The notes below the pieces were generated by a model, which did no database searches, had not been told where the DNA came from, and worked only from the letters and a program-made list of their open reading frames with translations. Shown here in pieces: positions 9,532-19,389 of a DNA stretch of 64,000 nucleotides. This DNA is from Alphaproteobacteria bacterium. GTDB taxonomy: Bacteria > Pseudomonadota > Alphaproteobacteria > UBA828. Each line of letters begins with the position of its first letter. Position 1 is the first letter of the stretch. Position numbers and translations under genes: made by a program. Location of the stretch: the NCBI GenBank assembly GCA_965220745.1, contig CBDCQT010000012.1:1-64000 (forward strand), written 5' to 3'.

Positions 9532-10935
9532 CTACTCGGCTGCTTCGGCTTCGGCGAGCTCGGCGCTGAGCCTCGCGATCAGGGCGCGTTTAGCGTCGTC
9601 GTCGAGCTTCTTCAGCTCGTTGTTCATGGCGCGCTCGTTGACCGACTGGTTCCAGTAGTCGAGGGCCTCGAACCCGAGCAGTGCCCACTTGCCGACAAAC
9701 TGGCGCAGCACCTCGTTGGTCGGCCCCATGATCCAGCCGGCCTTCGCGTCCCTGACCACGCGCTCGATGACGAGGCTCTTCTTGTAGCCGGTGCCGCCGC
9801 AGGCGTTCAGCATGCGGTCGGCGACCGTGTAGACGCTCTTGCTCGCGATGTATTTCGCCTTCCAGCTCCAGGTCAGGAACTCCGACCGGGGCAGCAGGTC
9901 GAGATCGTCCTCGTGGATCGTCCAGTCGCAGTTGTTGGTGACGGCATCGAGTTGCTGGGCGACGGCGAAGGTGTAAACGCGCGAGGCTTGGGTATCCATG
10001 ATTGCATCGCCGAAATAGTCCTGGATGGACGGATAGTCGCAGACGCGCATGCCCACGTCCGCATGGGTCGTGCGCGTCACCTGCCGCTTGGCGAGGTCAA
10101 TCGCGCCCATGCCGAGGCCGTTGTATGACGCGGCGAGCATCAAGAGGCCGATCGGGTCCAGTCCCTCGTCGTTCGAGCGGGCGCCGTCGCCGGGCGGTCC
10201 CACCATGCGATCGGCCGGCACCTCCACGTCCGTGATCTCGATCGGCCCCGACTGATTGCCGCGCATACCCATCGCGTCCCAGCTCGCGGGGTGCGCGACG
10301 ACCTCGTCGGCGTAGATCAGGAACACGGAGAGATCGGAGAAGTCGCCGTCAAAGTCCGGGCTGGTGGTCTGCGCCACGTAGAAGTCCGCGAACCCGCCTG
10401 ACGTGGTCCATGAGGACTTCTTGTTGACCCGCCAGCCACCGTCGATCTTCTCGGCCTTCGACGCCATCGGATACCAGAAGTGCGAGCCGGTCTCGGGGTC
10501 GGAGTAGGACGCGGTGCCGATGAACACGTCGCGGTTCATCCTCCGCAGCGTCCTCTGGATCTCGGGATTGCCGCCTGCGCGGAGCAGCAGCGCGCTGACC
10601 GCGAGCAGATGCATGGTGTAGACCAGCGCCGTGCTGGCACAACCGTAGCGGGCGATCGTCTCCAGCACCATCGCCACGCAGACGTGGTTCTGCCCCATGC
10701 CGCCGTACTTCTTCGGCACGTGAAGGGCGAGCAGGTCCTGGGAGGCGAGCGCTTCCATGCTCTTGCGCGGAAAGATGCTGTCGCGGTCGCATTCGATGGC
10801 ATGTGGCGCGATGGTCGAGTGGCAGAGTTCGATCAGCCGGGCCTGAATCTCCCTCTGCTCATCGGTCAGATACCATTGTGGATCGAAGTCATAGGACAAT
10901 CCGAAATAGGGCTCACCGCCCCACATCTTCGTCAC
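9532..10935 (-). CDS. Acyl-CoA dehydrogenase family flavoprotein
   Basis: VPKKYGGMG, SDPETGS, KSWTTSG, MGMRGNQSG, GGTGY...ERVVRDAK; GTG start after AAGGGAG. Confidence 0.88.
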   Translation of the reverse strand: MTKMWGGEPYFGLSYDFDPQWYLTDEQREIQARLIELCHSTIAPHAIECDRDSIFPRKSMEALASQDLLALHVPKKYGGMGQNHVCVAMVLETIARYGCASTALVYTMHLLAVSALLLRAGGNPEIQRTLRRMNRDVFIGTASYSDPETGSHFWYPMASKAEKIDGGWRVNKKSSWTTSGGFADFYVAQTTSPDFDGDFSDLSVFLIYADEVVAHPASWDAMGMRGNQSGPIEITDVEVPADRMVGPPGDGARSNDEGLDPIGLLMLAASYNGLGMGAIDLAKRQVTRTTHADVGMRVCDYPSIQDYFGDAIMDTQASRVYTFAVAQQLDAVTNNCDWTIHEDDLDLLPRSEFLTWSWKAKYIASKSVYTVADRMLNACGGTGYKKSLVIERVVRDAKAGWIMGPTNEVLRQFVGKWALLGFEALDYWNQSVNERAMNNELKKLDDDAKRALIARLSAELAEAEAAE

Positions 10936-11156
10936 GGCAGACTCTCCCTTCGTGGTGAAGCGCGATGCGACAACAGCGCTGCATTCTAGTGCTCTGATCG
11001 AGAAGTTCGAGTGGGTTGACGGGGTGCCCGCTGCCACGTCATGGCCGGACTCGTGTTCGTCGGTGGGGTCCGAGACTCGTCGGTGCCCTGCGTTTAGCGG
11101 AGGTAGTATGCTGCGCTGCGGATCGAGCATTTCCGGAGACGAGCGTGCCGCGCCGG

Positions 11157-11792
11157 TTGGACATTGCCCAAGTCAACATCAGCGGCATTGCGGTGCTTAC
11201 GTTGTTGGCCGGGCTGGTTGCCGCCGCCACGATCGACCCTCCCTCCGAGAACCGCGTCCCGAAAATCAGCGATGAAGACCGGCGGTTGACCGCCTATCAC
11301 GAGGCCGGTCATGCCCTGATCGCCGCCACTCTCCCGGCGGGCGGGGAGATCCTGCAAGTGACCATCGTCTCGCGCTGGGGCGTGCTTGGCAGCGTGACCC
11401 GCGTTCCAGCGGATGGCGATCTGGACGACGAAGCACGGCGAGCACGCAAGGAGGCGGAGCTCGCCATTGCTCTGGGCGGTCTGATCGCCGAGGAGATCGC
11501 AAGCGGCGATGACGCGATGACTGAGGCCATGACGTCCGATATCAAAGCGGCGGAAAGGATCGCATACGACTTGCTTGGCGGTCCCGAGGCCGGCCTTACG
11601 GTCGCGGAGGCCGAGGCAGGCGTGCGCCTCTTGATGAGTGATGCGGAACGCCGTGCACGCGACATTCTAATCAGTCGCGAGGGGCAGCTTCACAGTCTCG
11701 CCACCGCTCTTCTGGAACACGGCACGTTGGAGGCGGTGGACATTGCGGACGTTCTCAAGGGCCGCACCGTGACCAGGATCGTCAGCAATTGA
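11157..11792 (+). CDS. Stand-alone peptidase M41 (FtsH protease domain) with N-terminal hydrophobic helix; start uncertain
   Basis: TAYHEAGHAL, VTIVSR, LGGLIAEEI, SDI motifs; no AAA+ Walker motifs. Confidence 0.72.
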   Translation: MDIAQVNISGIAVLTLLAGLVAAATIDPPSENRVPKISDEDRRLTAYHEAGHALIAATLPAGGEILQVTIVSRWGVLGSVTRVPADGDLDDEARRARKEAELAIALGGLIAEEIASGDDAMTEAMTSDIKAAERIAYDLLGGPEAGLTVAEAEAGVRLLMSDAERRARDILISREGQLHSLATALLEHGTLEAVDIADVLKGRTVTRIVSN

Positions 11793-11904
11793 TGGCGTGC
11801 CCCGCGGCGCGCGAAGCTGTTTTTCCTTGCATCGCGTTGCGCAACTTTCCCGCCCTGTCGACCGGAACGTGCCGCGCCTGCCGTCTCAACGGTGAAGAGT
11901 TTTA

Positions 11905-12258
11905 CTACCGCACCATGTAGACCTTGCGCACGGTCTCGACGACCTCACACGCGCCCTTCCAGCCGGTGGGGAAGGCGCAGGTCATACCGGCGGCAATTTC
12001 GATCACCGCGCCGTCGTCCTCCGTATAGACCGCACGGCCGGCGAGCACATAGAAAAACTCGTCGTTCTCGACCTCGCAGCGCCAACGCCCCGGCGTGCAT
12101 TCCCAGAGCCCCATCTCCGACGAACGGTTCTCGTTCCGAAACAGGATCAGGCCGCTCGTGCGAGAGACCGGCTCGCCGATCGGCTTGGCGATCTCCCCCC
12201 AGTCGGTGAAGGATGCCGGATCGAGCGCGGCGGCATTCGCCAACACGTGCGCAGGCAT
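11905..12258 (-). CDS. Cupin, DUF861/EutQ-like
   Basis: MGLWECTPG...DEFFYVLAG...GWKG.CEVVETVRKVY. Confidence 0.85.
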   Translation of the reverse strand: MPAHVLANAAALDPASFTDWGEIAKPIGEPVSRTSGLILFRNENRSSEMGLWECTPGRWRCEVENDEFFYVLAGRAVYTEDDGAVIEIAAGMTCAFPTGWKGACEVVETVRKVYMVR

Positions 12259-12260
12259 TT

Positions 12261-13550
12261 CTAAAGGCGCTCCAGCAGGTCGTTGATGGCGTTGGCGGCA
12301 CGCATACGGCCATTCTGTGCCTGCATGTACTCGCTGGTCGCCGCGACGTTGGCGCGCATTTCCTGGTCGGTCAGCGTCTTCTCGATGTTCGACAACAGCT
12401 CTGCGTCGGTCCAGTCGTAGCGGTGCATCCCGATGCCGTGCTTTGTGTCGTTGACGCGCTGGGCATTGTCGTGGCCGTCCCAGACGAAAGGCATCACGAT
12501 GGGCGGGATGCCGAAATAGAGGCTCTCGTTGAAGCTGTTGTTGCCGCCATGCTGGATGAAGGCGTCGACATGGGGCAGCACCGCGGTTTGACGATACCAC
12601 GACGCGATCTGCACGTTGTCCGGCGGTGTGTCGTACTGCTCGACGTAGTCTCCCACGTTGACCAGCACGCGGTAGGGCGCGTTGGCGAGCACGCCGATGA
12701 TGCGCTTGATGAGATCGACGTCGGCGACGCCAAGGCTGCCATAGCTGAAATAGATTAGCGGCTTGTCGTTGTTCGCTTTGAAGGTTGGCACTTCATAGGG
12801 CTCGCTTTCCTCCCGCACGCAGCCGTCGAGATAGACGAACTTCTCGGGATCGAGAGGGTTCCGCCGCGTGAAGCGCAACGGCTTGGGATAAAGCAGCAGA
12901 TTGAGATATGGCGACGGCAGCACGAACTCCGGGAACGGCAGCCGTTCGCACCCTTGGGCTTCAAGAAAGTCGTTGAAGCCATCGTGGACCGGCTTGAGCT
13001 CTTTCTCGAACTCCGCCCGATAGGCTGCGAAGCATTCCTTGTCGTTCTCGCCGCAACCGGACAGATGAGGCGGAATGTCTGGGTCGATAATCTCGTTCTC
13101 CGAGCACGAAATCATGCGCGCCCAAGGGCAGCCTGCCTGCTGCGTGGCGGGGTAGAGCGCGACATTGTCGTTGATGATCAGATCGGGAGCGATCTCGGCA
13201 AAGACCTTGTCGAGCCCGTTCTTCACCGACCATTCGGAGGTGTAGATGATCGCCTCCCAACAGCCTTTCACGTAGGTGGCGATCTGATCGTAGGCCGAAG
13301 TCTTGAAGGTCGGCATGTATCGGATCATGAAATCGTCCCAGTAGGCCGCTTGCGCCTCCGGGCTCATCGGCTCCATGCAGGAGACGTAGCGCTCGTCGAA
13401 GCCATAGCTTTCGACAGAACCCTTGAGACCGGGCTCGAGCACGAAGACAGGTTCGTGGCCCATATCCCGCAGGCCCTGGCAAATGCCCACTAGGTTCATT
13501 ACGGGACCGATAGCACCGGGTTCGGGGAACACCGCGATCTTCTTTCCCAT
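12261..13550 (-). CDS. GT1/MGT-family (UDP-sugar) glycosyltransferase
   Basis: IYFSYGSLG; WYRQTAVL...FIQHGGNNSFNESLYFGIP...DGHDNA (PSPG-like box). Confidence 0.88.
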   Translation of the reverse strand: MGKKIAVFPEPGAIGPVMNLVGICQGLRDMGHEPVFVLEPGLKGSVESYGFDERYVSCMEPMSPEAQAAYWDDFMIRYMPTFKTSAYDQIATYVKGCWEAIIYTSEWSVKNGLDKVFAEIAPDLIINDNVALYPATQQAGCPWARMISCSENEIIDPDIPPHLSGCGENDKECFAAYRAEFEKELKPVHDGFNDFLEAQGCERLPFPEFVLPSPYLNLLLYPKPLRFTRRNPLDPEKFVYLDGCVREESEPYEVPTFKANNDKPLIYFSYGSLGVADVDLIKRIIGVLANAPYRVLVNVGDYVEQYDTPPDNVQIASWYRQTAVLPHVDAFIQHGGNNSFNESLYFGIPPIVMPFVWDGHDNAQRVNDTKHGIGMHRYDWTDAELLSNIEKTLTDQEMRANVAATSEYMQAQNGRMRAANAINDLLERL

Positions 13551-13788
13551 CCCATTCTCTCTCTCTTGCCAGTGGTTGTGCCGGGCCTGTCCACCCGGAG
13601 TGCGCTTCTTCTCCTGTGCGAGCGCGGCCGGCGACGAAACCGGTTGTCGGGTATTTGTGTCCGAGGCCGTAGATTACTATACAGAGTGAGCGTCGCCGAA
13701 TGCCTCGCGGACCAGCGCAAGGACCCGACATCATTACCTATAGGGGCGCCTCGGTGAGCGACGCGCACATCACCTCGGGCCGGTCGAG

Positions 13789-14568
13789 ATGAGCGAGCAG
13801 GCGTTTTTCAGAGTCGAGAAGCTGCAAAAGAGGTTCGGTGGCTTGGCCGCCATCGACGGGTTGAGTTTCGAACTGAAAGAGGGTGCCATTCACGGGCTCA
13901 TCGGCCCGAATGGAGCGGGAAAGACCACCGTCTTCAACGTGATCACCGGCTATTACAGGCCGACCGCAGGCAAGATCTTCTACCAGGGCGAGTCCATCGG
14001 TGGCCTGCAGCCGCATCAGGTGGCCGCCAAGGGGTTGGTCCGCACATTCCAGGAAACGACGCTCTTCCGGGAGTTCACCACCTTCGAGAATGCTCTGATG
14101 GGGTGCTATCTCCACACCAAGAGCAACATGATCTCGGCTTTGTTCAACACCCAGCGAGCGAGCGAGCGGGCGAGCGACGCGAAGACCCTCGAGGTGCTGG
14201 AATTCCTCGGCCTCGCCGATCGCAAGGACGAGCTTGCTTCCAATTTGCCGCATGGCCTGCAGCGCGCCCTCGGTATCGCCGTCGCTCTCACGACGGAGCC
14301 CAAACTACTGCTGCTGGACGAGCCCTTCGCCGGGATGAACCCGGAAGAGACACGCAACATGATGGAGTTGATCCAGAAGGTGCGCGAAAGCGGCATCACT
14401 ATCTTGCTGGTCGAGCACGACATGCAGGCGGTGATGGGCCTCTGCGAACGAATTACCGTGGTGAATTTCGGTCAGCTGTTAATGGAAGGCGCGCCGGACG
14501 AAATCAAGGCCAACAAGGACGTCATCGAAGCCTATTTGGGAACCGGCCTCAATGCTGCTCGAAGTTAA
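13789..14568 (+). CDS. Branched-chain amino acid type ABC ATP-binding protein (LivG-like)
   Basis: GPNGAGKT, RTFQ, LLLDEPFAG, VEHDM, VIEAYLG. Confidence 0.93.
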   Translation: MSEQAFFRVEKLQKRFGGLAAIDGLSFELKEGAIHGLIGPNGAGKTTVFNVITGYYRPTAGKIFYQGESIGGLQPHQVAAKGLVRTFQETTLFREFTTFENALMGCYLHTKSNMISALFNTQRASERASDAKTLEVLEFLGLADRKDELASNLPHGLQRALGIAVALTTEPKLLLLDEPFAGMNPEETRNMMELIQKVRESGITILLVEHDMQAVMGLCERITVVNFGQLLMEGAPDEIKANKDVIEAYLGTGLNAARS

Positions 14569-15259
14569 GGACATCACCGTCCACTACGGGAGCGTTCAGG
14601 CGGTCTCGGATATCTCGATCTCGATCGACGAAGGTCAGATCATCACGTTGATCGGCGCCAACGGCGCCGGCAAGAGCACCACGCTTCGCACGATATCTGG
14701 GCTGAAACGCGCGACGAAGGGCAGCGTCTGGTTCGACGGTCAGCGCATCGATCGCTTGGCGCCGGAAAAGATCGTGCGCATGGGCATCGCCCATGTGCCG
14801 GAGGGGCGGCAGGTATTTCCCGATCTCAGCGTCAATCAGAACCTTCATACCGGTGCCTACCTGCGGAAGGACAGACAGGGTATTGCGCGTGACCTCGAAG
14901 ACGTTCACGAGCGCTTTCCGGTGCTCAGGGAGCGGCGCAATCAGCGAGCCAAGACGCTCAGTGGTGGCGAACAACAGATGGTCGCGATCGGCCGCGCCCT
15001 CATGTCCAATCCGCGGTTGATCCTGATGGACGAGCCGTCGCTGGGCCTGTCGCCGGTGATGGTGCAGGAGGTGGCGAGAATCATCCACGATATCAACAGT
15101 CGGGGTGTTCCGGTGATCCTGGTCGAGCAGAATGCCGAGCTGGCCCTCATGCTGGCGAGCTATGGCTACGTGCTGGAAACCGGCCGCATCGCGCTCGAAG
15201 GCAAGGCGAACGATCTGCACGAGAACGATCACGTTCGCCACGCCTATCTCGGGGCCTGA
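14552..15259 (+). CDS. Branched-chain amino acid type ABC ATP-binding protein (LivF-like)
   Basis: GANGAGKS, HVPEGRQVF, LSGGEQQM, DEPSLGL, VEQN. Confidence 0.93.
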   Translation: MLLEVKDITVHYGSVQAVSDISISIDEGQIITLIGANGAGKSTTLRTISGLKRATKGSVWFDGQRIDRLAPEKIVRMGIAHVPEGRQVFPDLSVNQNLHTGAYLRKDRQGIARDLEDVHERFPVLRERRNQRAKTLSGGEQQMVAIGRALMSNPRLILMDEPSLGLSPVMVQEVARIIHDINSRGVPVILVEQNAELALMLASYGYVLETGRIALEGKANDLHENDHVRHAYLGA

Positions 15260-15292
15260 GCGTCCGCGCCGACACCAGACAAGTCTCAACCC

Positions 15293-16036
15293 ATGCGGCC
15301 CTGCTTGCTCGTCGATTTCCTGTGGGAGCAGTTCGCCGAGGAGGCCGCCGATTCCTCCAAGGCAGGCGTCGAGATCGAGCCGTTGTGGCGAACCGGCGCC
15401 ACGCTGAGTCAGGCTTTCGACGAAGCGGATCCGCGGCGCGCGGCGAGTCTCCATTGCCTCGCCGCGATCGCACGAGAGGCGGGTGATTTGGAGGGAGCCG
15501 AGACCGGATATCGCGATGCCATCGCTGCCTGGGAGCGGGTGCCCGAATGGGTCTCGCAGATGGCTGTCGAGTTCACCGGGCGAAGCGCCTCGATGCACAT
15601 CCGCCTCGAGATGAAACGGACGGAAGAACTGCGCGCCCTCAAGCGCAGCATCAACGCCAAGCTCGCCGAGGGCGGCCTCGCGGCGACGCTGAACAACCTC
15701 GCGGAACTCCTGCACACGATGGGGCGAACCGACGAAGCGGAGCCGTTCTACCGTCAAGCGCGCGAAATGCGGGCGAAGTCCCTCAGCCACCGTGAAGCCG
15801 GGGTGGCGATCATTTGCGACAATCTGGCGGACCTTCTGGAAGAAGCCGGGCGGCACAACGAAGCGGAAGAGCCTCGGGCCCGGGCGCGCGAGATCGATGC
15901 CGAGCCGTTCCATGCCGGGATCGAAGACTTTCGCAGGAAGCGTTGGCGGAAAATGACCGACACCCGAAAGTTAACGGCGGCGGTTTACCTCACGCCACCG
16001 TGCCGTCGTGCCGGTACACCCCCTACTCCCGCTTGA
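15293..16036 (+). CDS. Tetratricopeptide repeat protein
   Basis: TPR-like units AATLNNLAELLHTMGRTDEAEPFYRQA and ICDNLADLLEEAGRHNEAE. Confidence 0.75.
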   Translation: MRPCLLVDFLWEQFAEEAADSSKAGVEIEPLWRTGATLSQAFDEADPRRAASLHCLAAIAREAGDLEGAETGYRDAIAAWERVPEWVSQMAVEFTGRSASMHIRLEMKRTEELRALKRSINAKLAEGGLAATLNNLAELLHTMGRTDEAEPFYRQAREMRAKSLSHREAGVAIICDNLADLLEEAGRHNEAEEPRARAREIDAEPFHAGIEDFRRKRWRKMTDTRKLTAAVYLTPPCRRAGTPPTPA

Positions 16037-17015
16037 CGAGAGTCCCCCCTCCACGGTTCCACAGCCAGGTCGACCACTGCAGAACTTTTCTGGGCAGACT
16101 GACCAGGCCTTCGGGCAGGAACAGCACGGTCGCGATCAGCACCAGGCCGTAGAAGCCGGGCCGCAGCTCATCCAGGCCGCGTAGGGATTCGTCGATGATC
16201 GACAGCACCGTGACGCCGATGATTGGACCCGCGAAGTGGCCCATACCGCCCACCAGCACCCAGACCAGGACGAAGAGCATCTGCTTCAGGCCGAACAGAC
16301 CCGGATTAATCGCGGTGACGTAGTGCGCCACCATGGCGCCCGCGATGCCCGCGAAAAATCCGCCGGTGACGAATGCGATGGTGCGGAACTGGCGCACGTC
16401 CACTCCGACCGATTGCGCCAGCGTGTCCTTGTGATGCACCGCGTGAAAGACGAAGCCGTAGCGGGAATGCTCGATACGGTACATGACGAACAGGCAAATC
16501 AGCCCCACGATCAGCGCGAAGAAGTAGTAGGGCACCGGGGCACCCAGATCGATGTACAGCAGCTCGCCCAGATCGATTTCCAGAACCGGGATGCGCCGCA
16601 GGCCGCGAAAACCGCCGAACGGATCATTGAATTGGACCCAGCAGAGCCGGATTGCCTCGGCGGCGGCGAAGGAGCCGATGAGGAAGTAGAACCCCTTCAT
16701 GCGGAAGAGCGGGAAACTCAGAACGTAGGCGATGGCGGCAGCGGCCACGCCGCCAAGCGGCATGGATATCCACGGTGAGATAGGAAGCGCCGCGAGAAGC
16801 GCGCTAGCATAGGCGCCCACGCCCATGATCACGGCATGGGCCAGCGAAAACTCGCCGGTGATGGCGATGAAACGGTAGCTCACCACCAGAATGATGTTGA
16901 TGAACATGAAAATCAGGAAATCGAGCTGATACGGCCGCAGGACGAACGGCAGGACGCAGACGACCGCCAGGACGACGGCAATTCCGGCGAGATTGCGGTG
17001 CGTCCGGCTAAACAC
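16023..17015 (-). CDS. Branched-chain amino acid ABC permease (LivM-like)
   Basis: GEFSLAHA, FRMKGFYF, GGMGHFAGPIIG; multiple TM segments. Confidence 0.92.
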   Translation of the reverse strand: MFSRTHRNLAGIAVVLAVVCVLPFVLRPYQLDFLIFMFINIILVVSYRFIAITGEFSLAHAVIMGVGAYASALLAALPISPWISMPLGGVAAAAIAYVLSFPLFRMKGFYFLIGSFAAAEAIRLCWVQFNDPFGGFRGLRRIPVLEIDLGELLYIDLGAPVPYYFFALIVGLICLFVMYRIEHSRYGFVFHAVHHKDTLAQSVGVDVRQFRTIAFVTGGFFAGIAGAMVAHYVTAINPGLFGLKQMLFVLVWVLVGGMGHFAGPIIGVTVLSIIDESLRGLDELRPGFYGLVLIATVLFLPEGLVSLPRKVLQWSTWLWNRGGGTLVKRE

Positions 17016-17892
17016 TCTCGCGCGCTCCCATGATCCCGGTCGGCTTGACGATCAGCACCAGAAGCATCAACGCCAGACCCAGGATCGTCGCGATCTCGCC
17101 GCCAATGTAGGTGGTGACGAACGTATGGAAGAAGCTGTACACGACGGCCGCAATCAGAGCGCCTTCGATGCTGCCCATGCCGCCCACGATCATGACGATG
17201 AAGGCGGTGACCAGAACCGGATGGCCCATCTGCGGCGTGATGCGCACGAGCGGCGACATGACCGCGCCACCCATGCCCGCCATTGCCGCGCTGATCACCA
17301 TCGCCAGCATGGAAATCTTGCCGATGCCGATGCCCTGCAGCGCCGCCGCTTCGGGATTTTGGGCGCAGGCGCGCATGGCCCAGCCGATCCTGGTGCGGCT
17401 CATGAAGAGCCAGAAGGCAACGAGGATGAATGCCGCGATCGCGAAGACGAACAGCCGCGAGTGGGAGATCGTGACGCTCTCGATCCCGAAGGCATGCCAC
17501 GATTCCTTGAAATAGGGCGTCATGTTCTTCATGAGCCCTTGGCCGAACAAATAAACAACGAGAACCTCGAGGACGAACATCATGCCGACGGAAACGATGA
17601 GGCCGCCGAACAAGTTGCCGCGCATCGGGCGAAACAGCGCGCGTTCCATCAGGAGGCCGATGGCCACCGTCAGGAGTGTCGCAATAACGATCGAGGCGAA
17701 GAACGGGATACCGACTTCCGCGTAGAGATACCAAGTTGCATAGGCGCCCACCATGTAGAGAGCACCGTGGGCGAAATTGACGATCTGCATGATGCCAAAG
17801 ATCAGCACCAGGCCGACCGCAAAAATTGCGGTGAAACTGCTCGCAATCAGCGAGTTCATGATGGTCTGAAGAATGAGTTCCAGATCCGTCAT
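17008..17892 (-). CDS. Branched-chain amino acid ABC permease (LivH-like)
   Basis: GLVLIFGIMQIVNFAHGALYM, GWAMRA, VGGMGSIEGA. Confidence 0.93.
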   Translation of the reverse strand: MTDLELILQTIMNSLIASSFTAIFAVGLVLIFGIMQIVNFAHGALYMVGAYATWYLYAEVGIPFFASIVIATLLTVAIGLLMERALFRPMRGNLFGGLIVSVGMMFVLEVLVVYLFGQGLMKNMTPYFKESWHAFGIESVTISHSRLFVFAIAAFILVAFWLFMSRTRIGWAMRACAQNPEAAALQGIGIGKISMLAMVISAAMAGMGGAVMSPLVRITPQMGHPVLVTAFIVMIVGGMGSIEGALIAAVVYSFFHTFVTTYIGGEIATILGLALMLLVLIVKPTGIMGARESV

Positions 17893-17944
17893 GTCTCGCT
17901 AAGGCCCGTTGCGGCCGATCGTCAGTGTACGTGAAAGGAAAGGG

Positions 17945-17968
17945 TGTGCCCCGCCGGAGCGGGGCACA
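17945..17968. terminator. GC-rich hairpin between SBP and permease genes (terminator or mRNA stabiliser)
   Basis: Perfect 10-bp stem TGTGCCCCGC-CGGA-GCGGGGCACA. Confidence 0.55.
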
Positions 17969-17983
17969 GCATTCTAGGTCTGT

Positions 17984-19264
17984 TTAACCGGCGAGCGGAA
18001 CGCCGAGCTCTATGAAGTGCTTTTTCAGTACGTCCAGATGCTGGTCGCACCAGGCTCTGACGTCTCCCATCTCGACGATGACGGCCTTGCCGTTCTGCAT
18101 CTGAACGACAGGCCACTTGCCCAGCGCCGCGCTGTTCACGCCGAAAAAATCCTCGCCCCACCATTCGGCGTCGCCGAACGCGTGCGGCACCGGGCTCAGC
18201 GCCCGGAGCGCGTCGGCCACCGCCGGCGGATCGAAGGTGCCGGCCTGGCTCACGGCGGAGCGCCACATCTCGAGTGCTGCGGCATATTCCCACGAGACCG
18301 CTGTCCAGGCCCCCGGATAGCGCTCGTTGTAGGTTTGATAGAAGGCGGCCGCGTTATCGAAATGGGTGCCGCCGCCCTGCATGATCGGGTCGTCGAGATC
18401 CGGGAACTGCCAGAGGAATCCTTCAAGGAACTCCTTGCTGGTCTTGCTCATGATGTGCTCGTACTGGTCGAGCGTGCAGTTCACGAACTGACCCTTGTAA
18501 CCTTGCAGGTAGGCTTGCTCGGTCAGGAGATTGACGTAATCGGGATAGGCGGTGTCCCAGGTGATCACGTCGGGATTCGCGGCGATCAGCTTCGACACCA
18601 CCGGCGCGAAGTCGGTCACCTCGAAGCCGAACAGGTTCTCTTCGACGATCTCGATACCGGCGACCTCGAACGCGGCCCTGTAGGTCGCGAGCGAGCTCAG
18701 GCCCAGCTCGTCGTTCTGTGTCGCGATGGCCGCGGTCTTGATGTGCGGCATGTTGCGCGCGATGTAGTCGACGGCGGTCACATTGTAGAAAGGATGGACC
18801 TCGACCGGCGCGAACAGGTAGGGCGCGTCTTCGCTGATGTCGGTCGGAACCAGCGTCGTCGTCAGCATCTTGTTTCGGGTCATGAAGTCCTTGACCGCCT
18901 GCACCGGCGTGATGCCGAGCATAAGGACGATCGAGACCTCATCCTCGAAGAGCAGCTTCTTGGCGCCGACCGTCGCCTTGACGGCGTCGAACTCATCGTC
19001 ATAGGAGATGATCTCGACCTTGTACTTCTCGCCGCCCATGTCGAGGCCACCGGCAGCGTTTATCTGTTCCGCCCAGATCTCGACCCCGTAGAGTCCGGGA
19101 AGACCCCAGCCCGCGGCATCGCCGGTGAGCGCCGCGAGAAATCCGATCTTGACCGTCTTCTCGTCAGCGAAAAGCTTGGACGGCGTCGCGCCGAAGGCAG
19201 TCAAGCCCGCGGCAACGCCACCCGTTGCTGCCATAAACTTGCGTCGTGTGATGTTCGCTTTCAT
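17984..19264 (-). CDS. LivJ/K-family ABC substrate-binding protein with Tat signal
   Basis: TRRKFM twin-arginine motif, KIGFLAALTG, INAAGG, TDFAPVVSKL. Confidence 0.9.
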   Translation of the reverse strand: MKANITRRKFMAATGGVAAGLTAFGATPSKLFADEKTVKIGFLAALTGDAAGWGLPGLYGVEIWAEQINAAGGLDMGGEKYKVEIISYDDEFDAVKATVGAKKLLFEDEVSIVLMLGITPVQAVKDFMTRNKMLTTTLVPTDISEDAPYLFAPVEVHPFYNVTAVDYIARNMPHIKTAAIATQNDELGLSSLATYRAAFEVAGIEIVEENLFGFEVTDFAPVVSKLIAANPDVITWDTAYPDYVNLLTEQAYLQGYKGQFVNCTLDQYEHIMSKTSKEFLEGFLWQFPDLDDPIMQGGGTHFDNAAAFYQTYNERYPGAWTAVSWEYAAALEMWRSAVSQAGTFDPPAVADALRALSPVPHAFGDAEWWGEDFFGVNSAALGKWPVVQMQNGKAVIVEMGDVRAWCDQHLDVLKKHFIELGVPLAG

Positions 19265-19389
19265 CGATCAAGACCTCCTGTGTTTACCGACATTTGTGAA
19301 GATATGCGCCGTTGCGGATCGCTCGTCCAACAACGGAAGTTCCCGACGTCATTCGCGCGCGCCAACTCTTTTCGGAACGTCGATCACGA

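Noticed and set aside
11041-11090. Guanidine-II riboswitch (several ACGA on the minus strand)
   Set aside because: ACGA is not in closed tetraloop hairpins and lies upstream of a likely -10 (TAGAAT); only short direct repeats.
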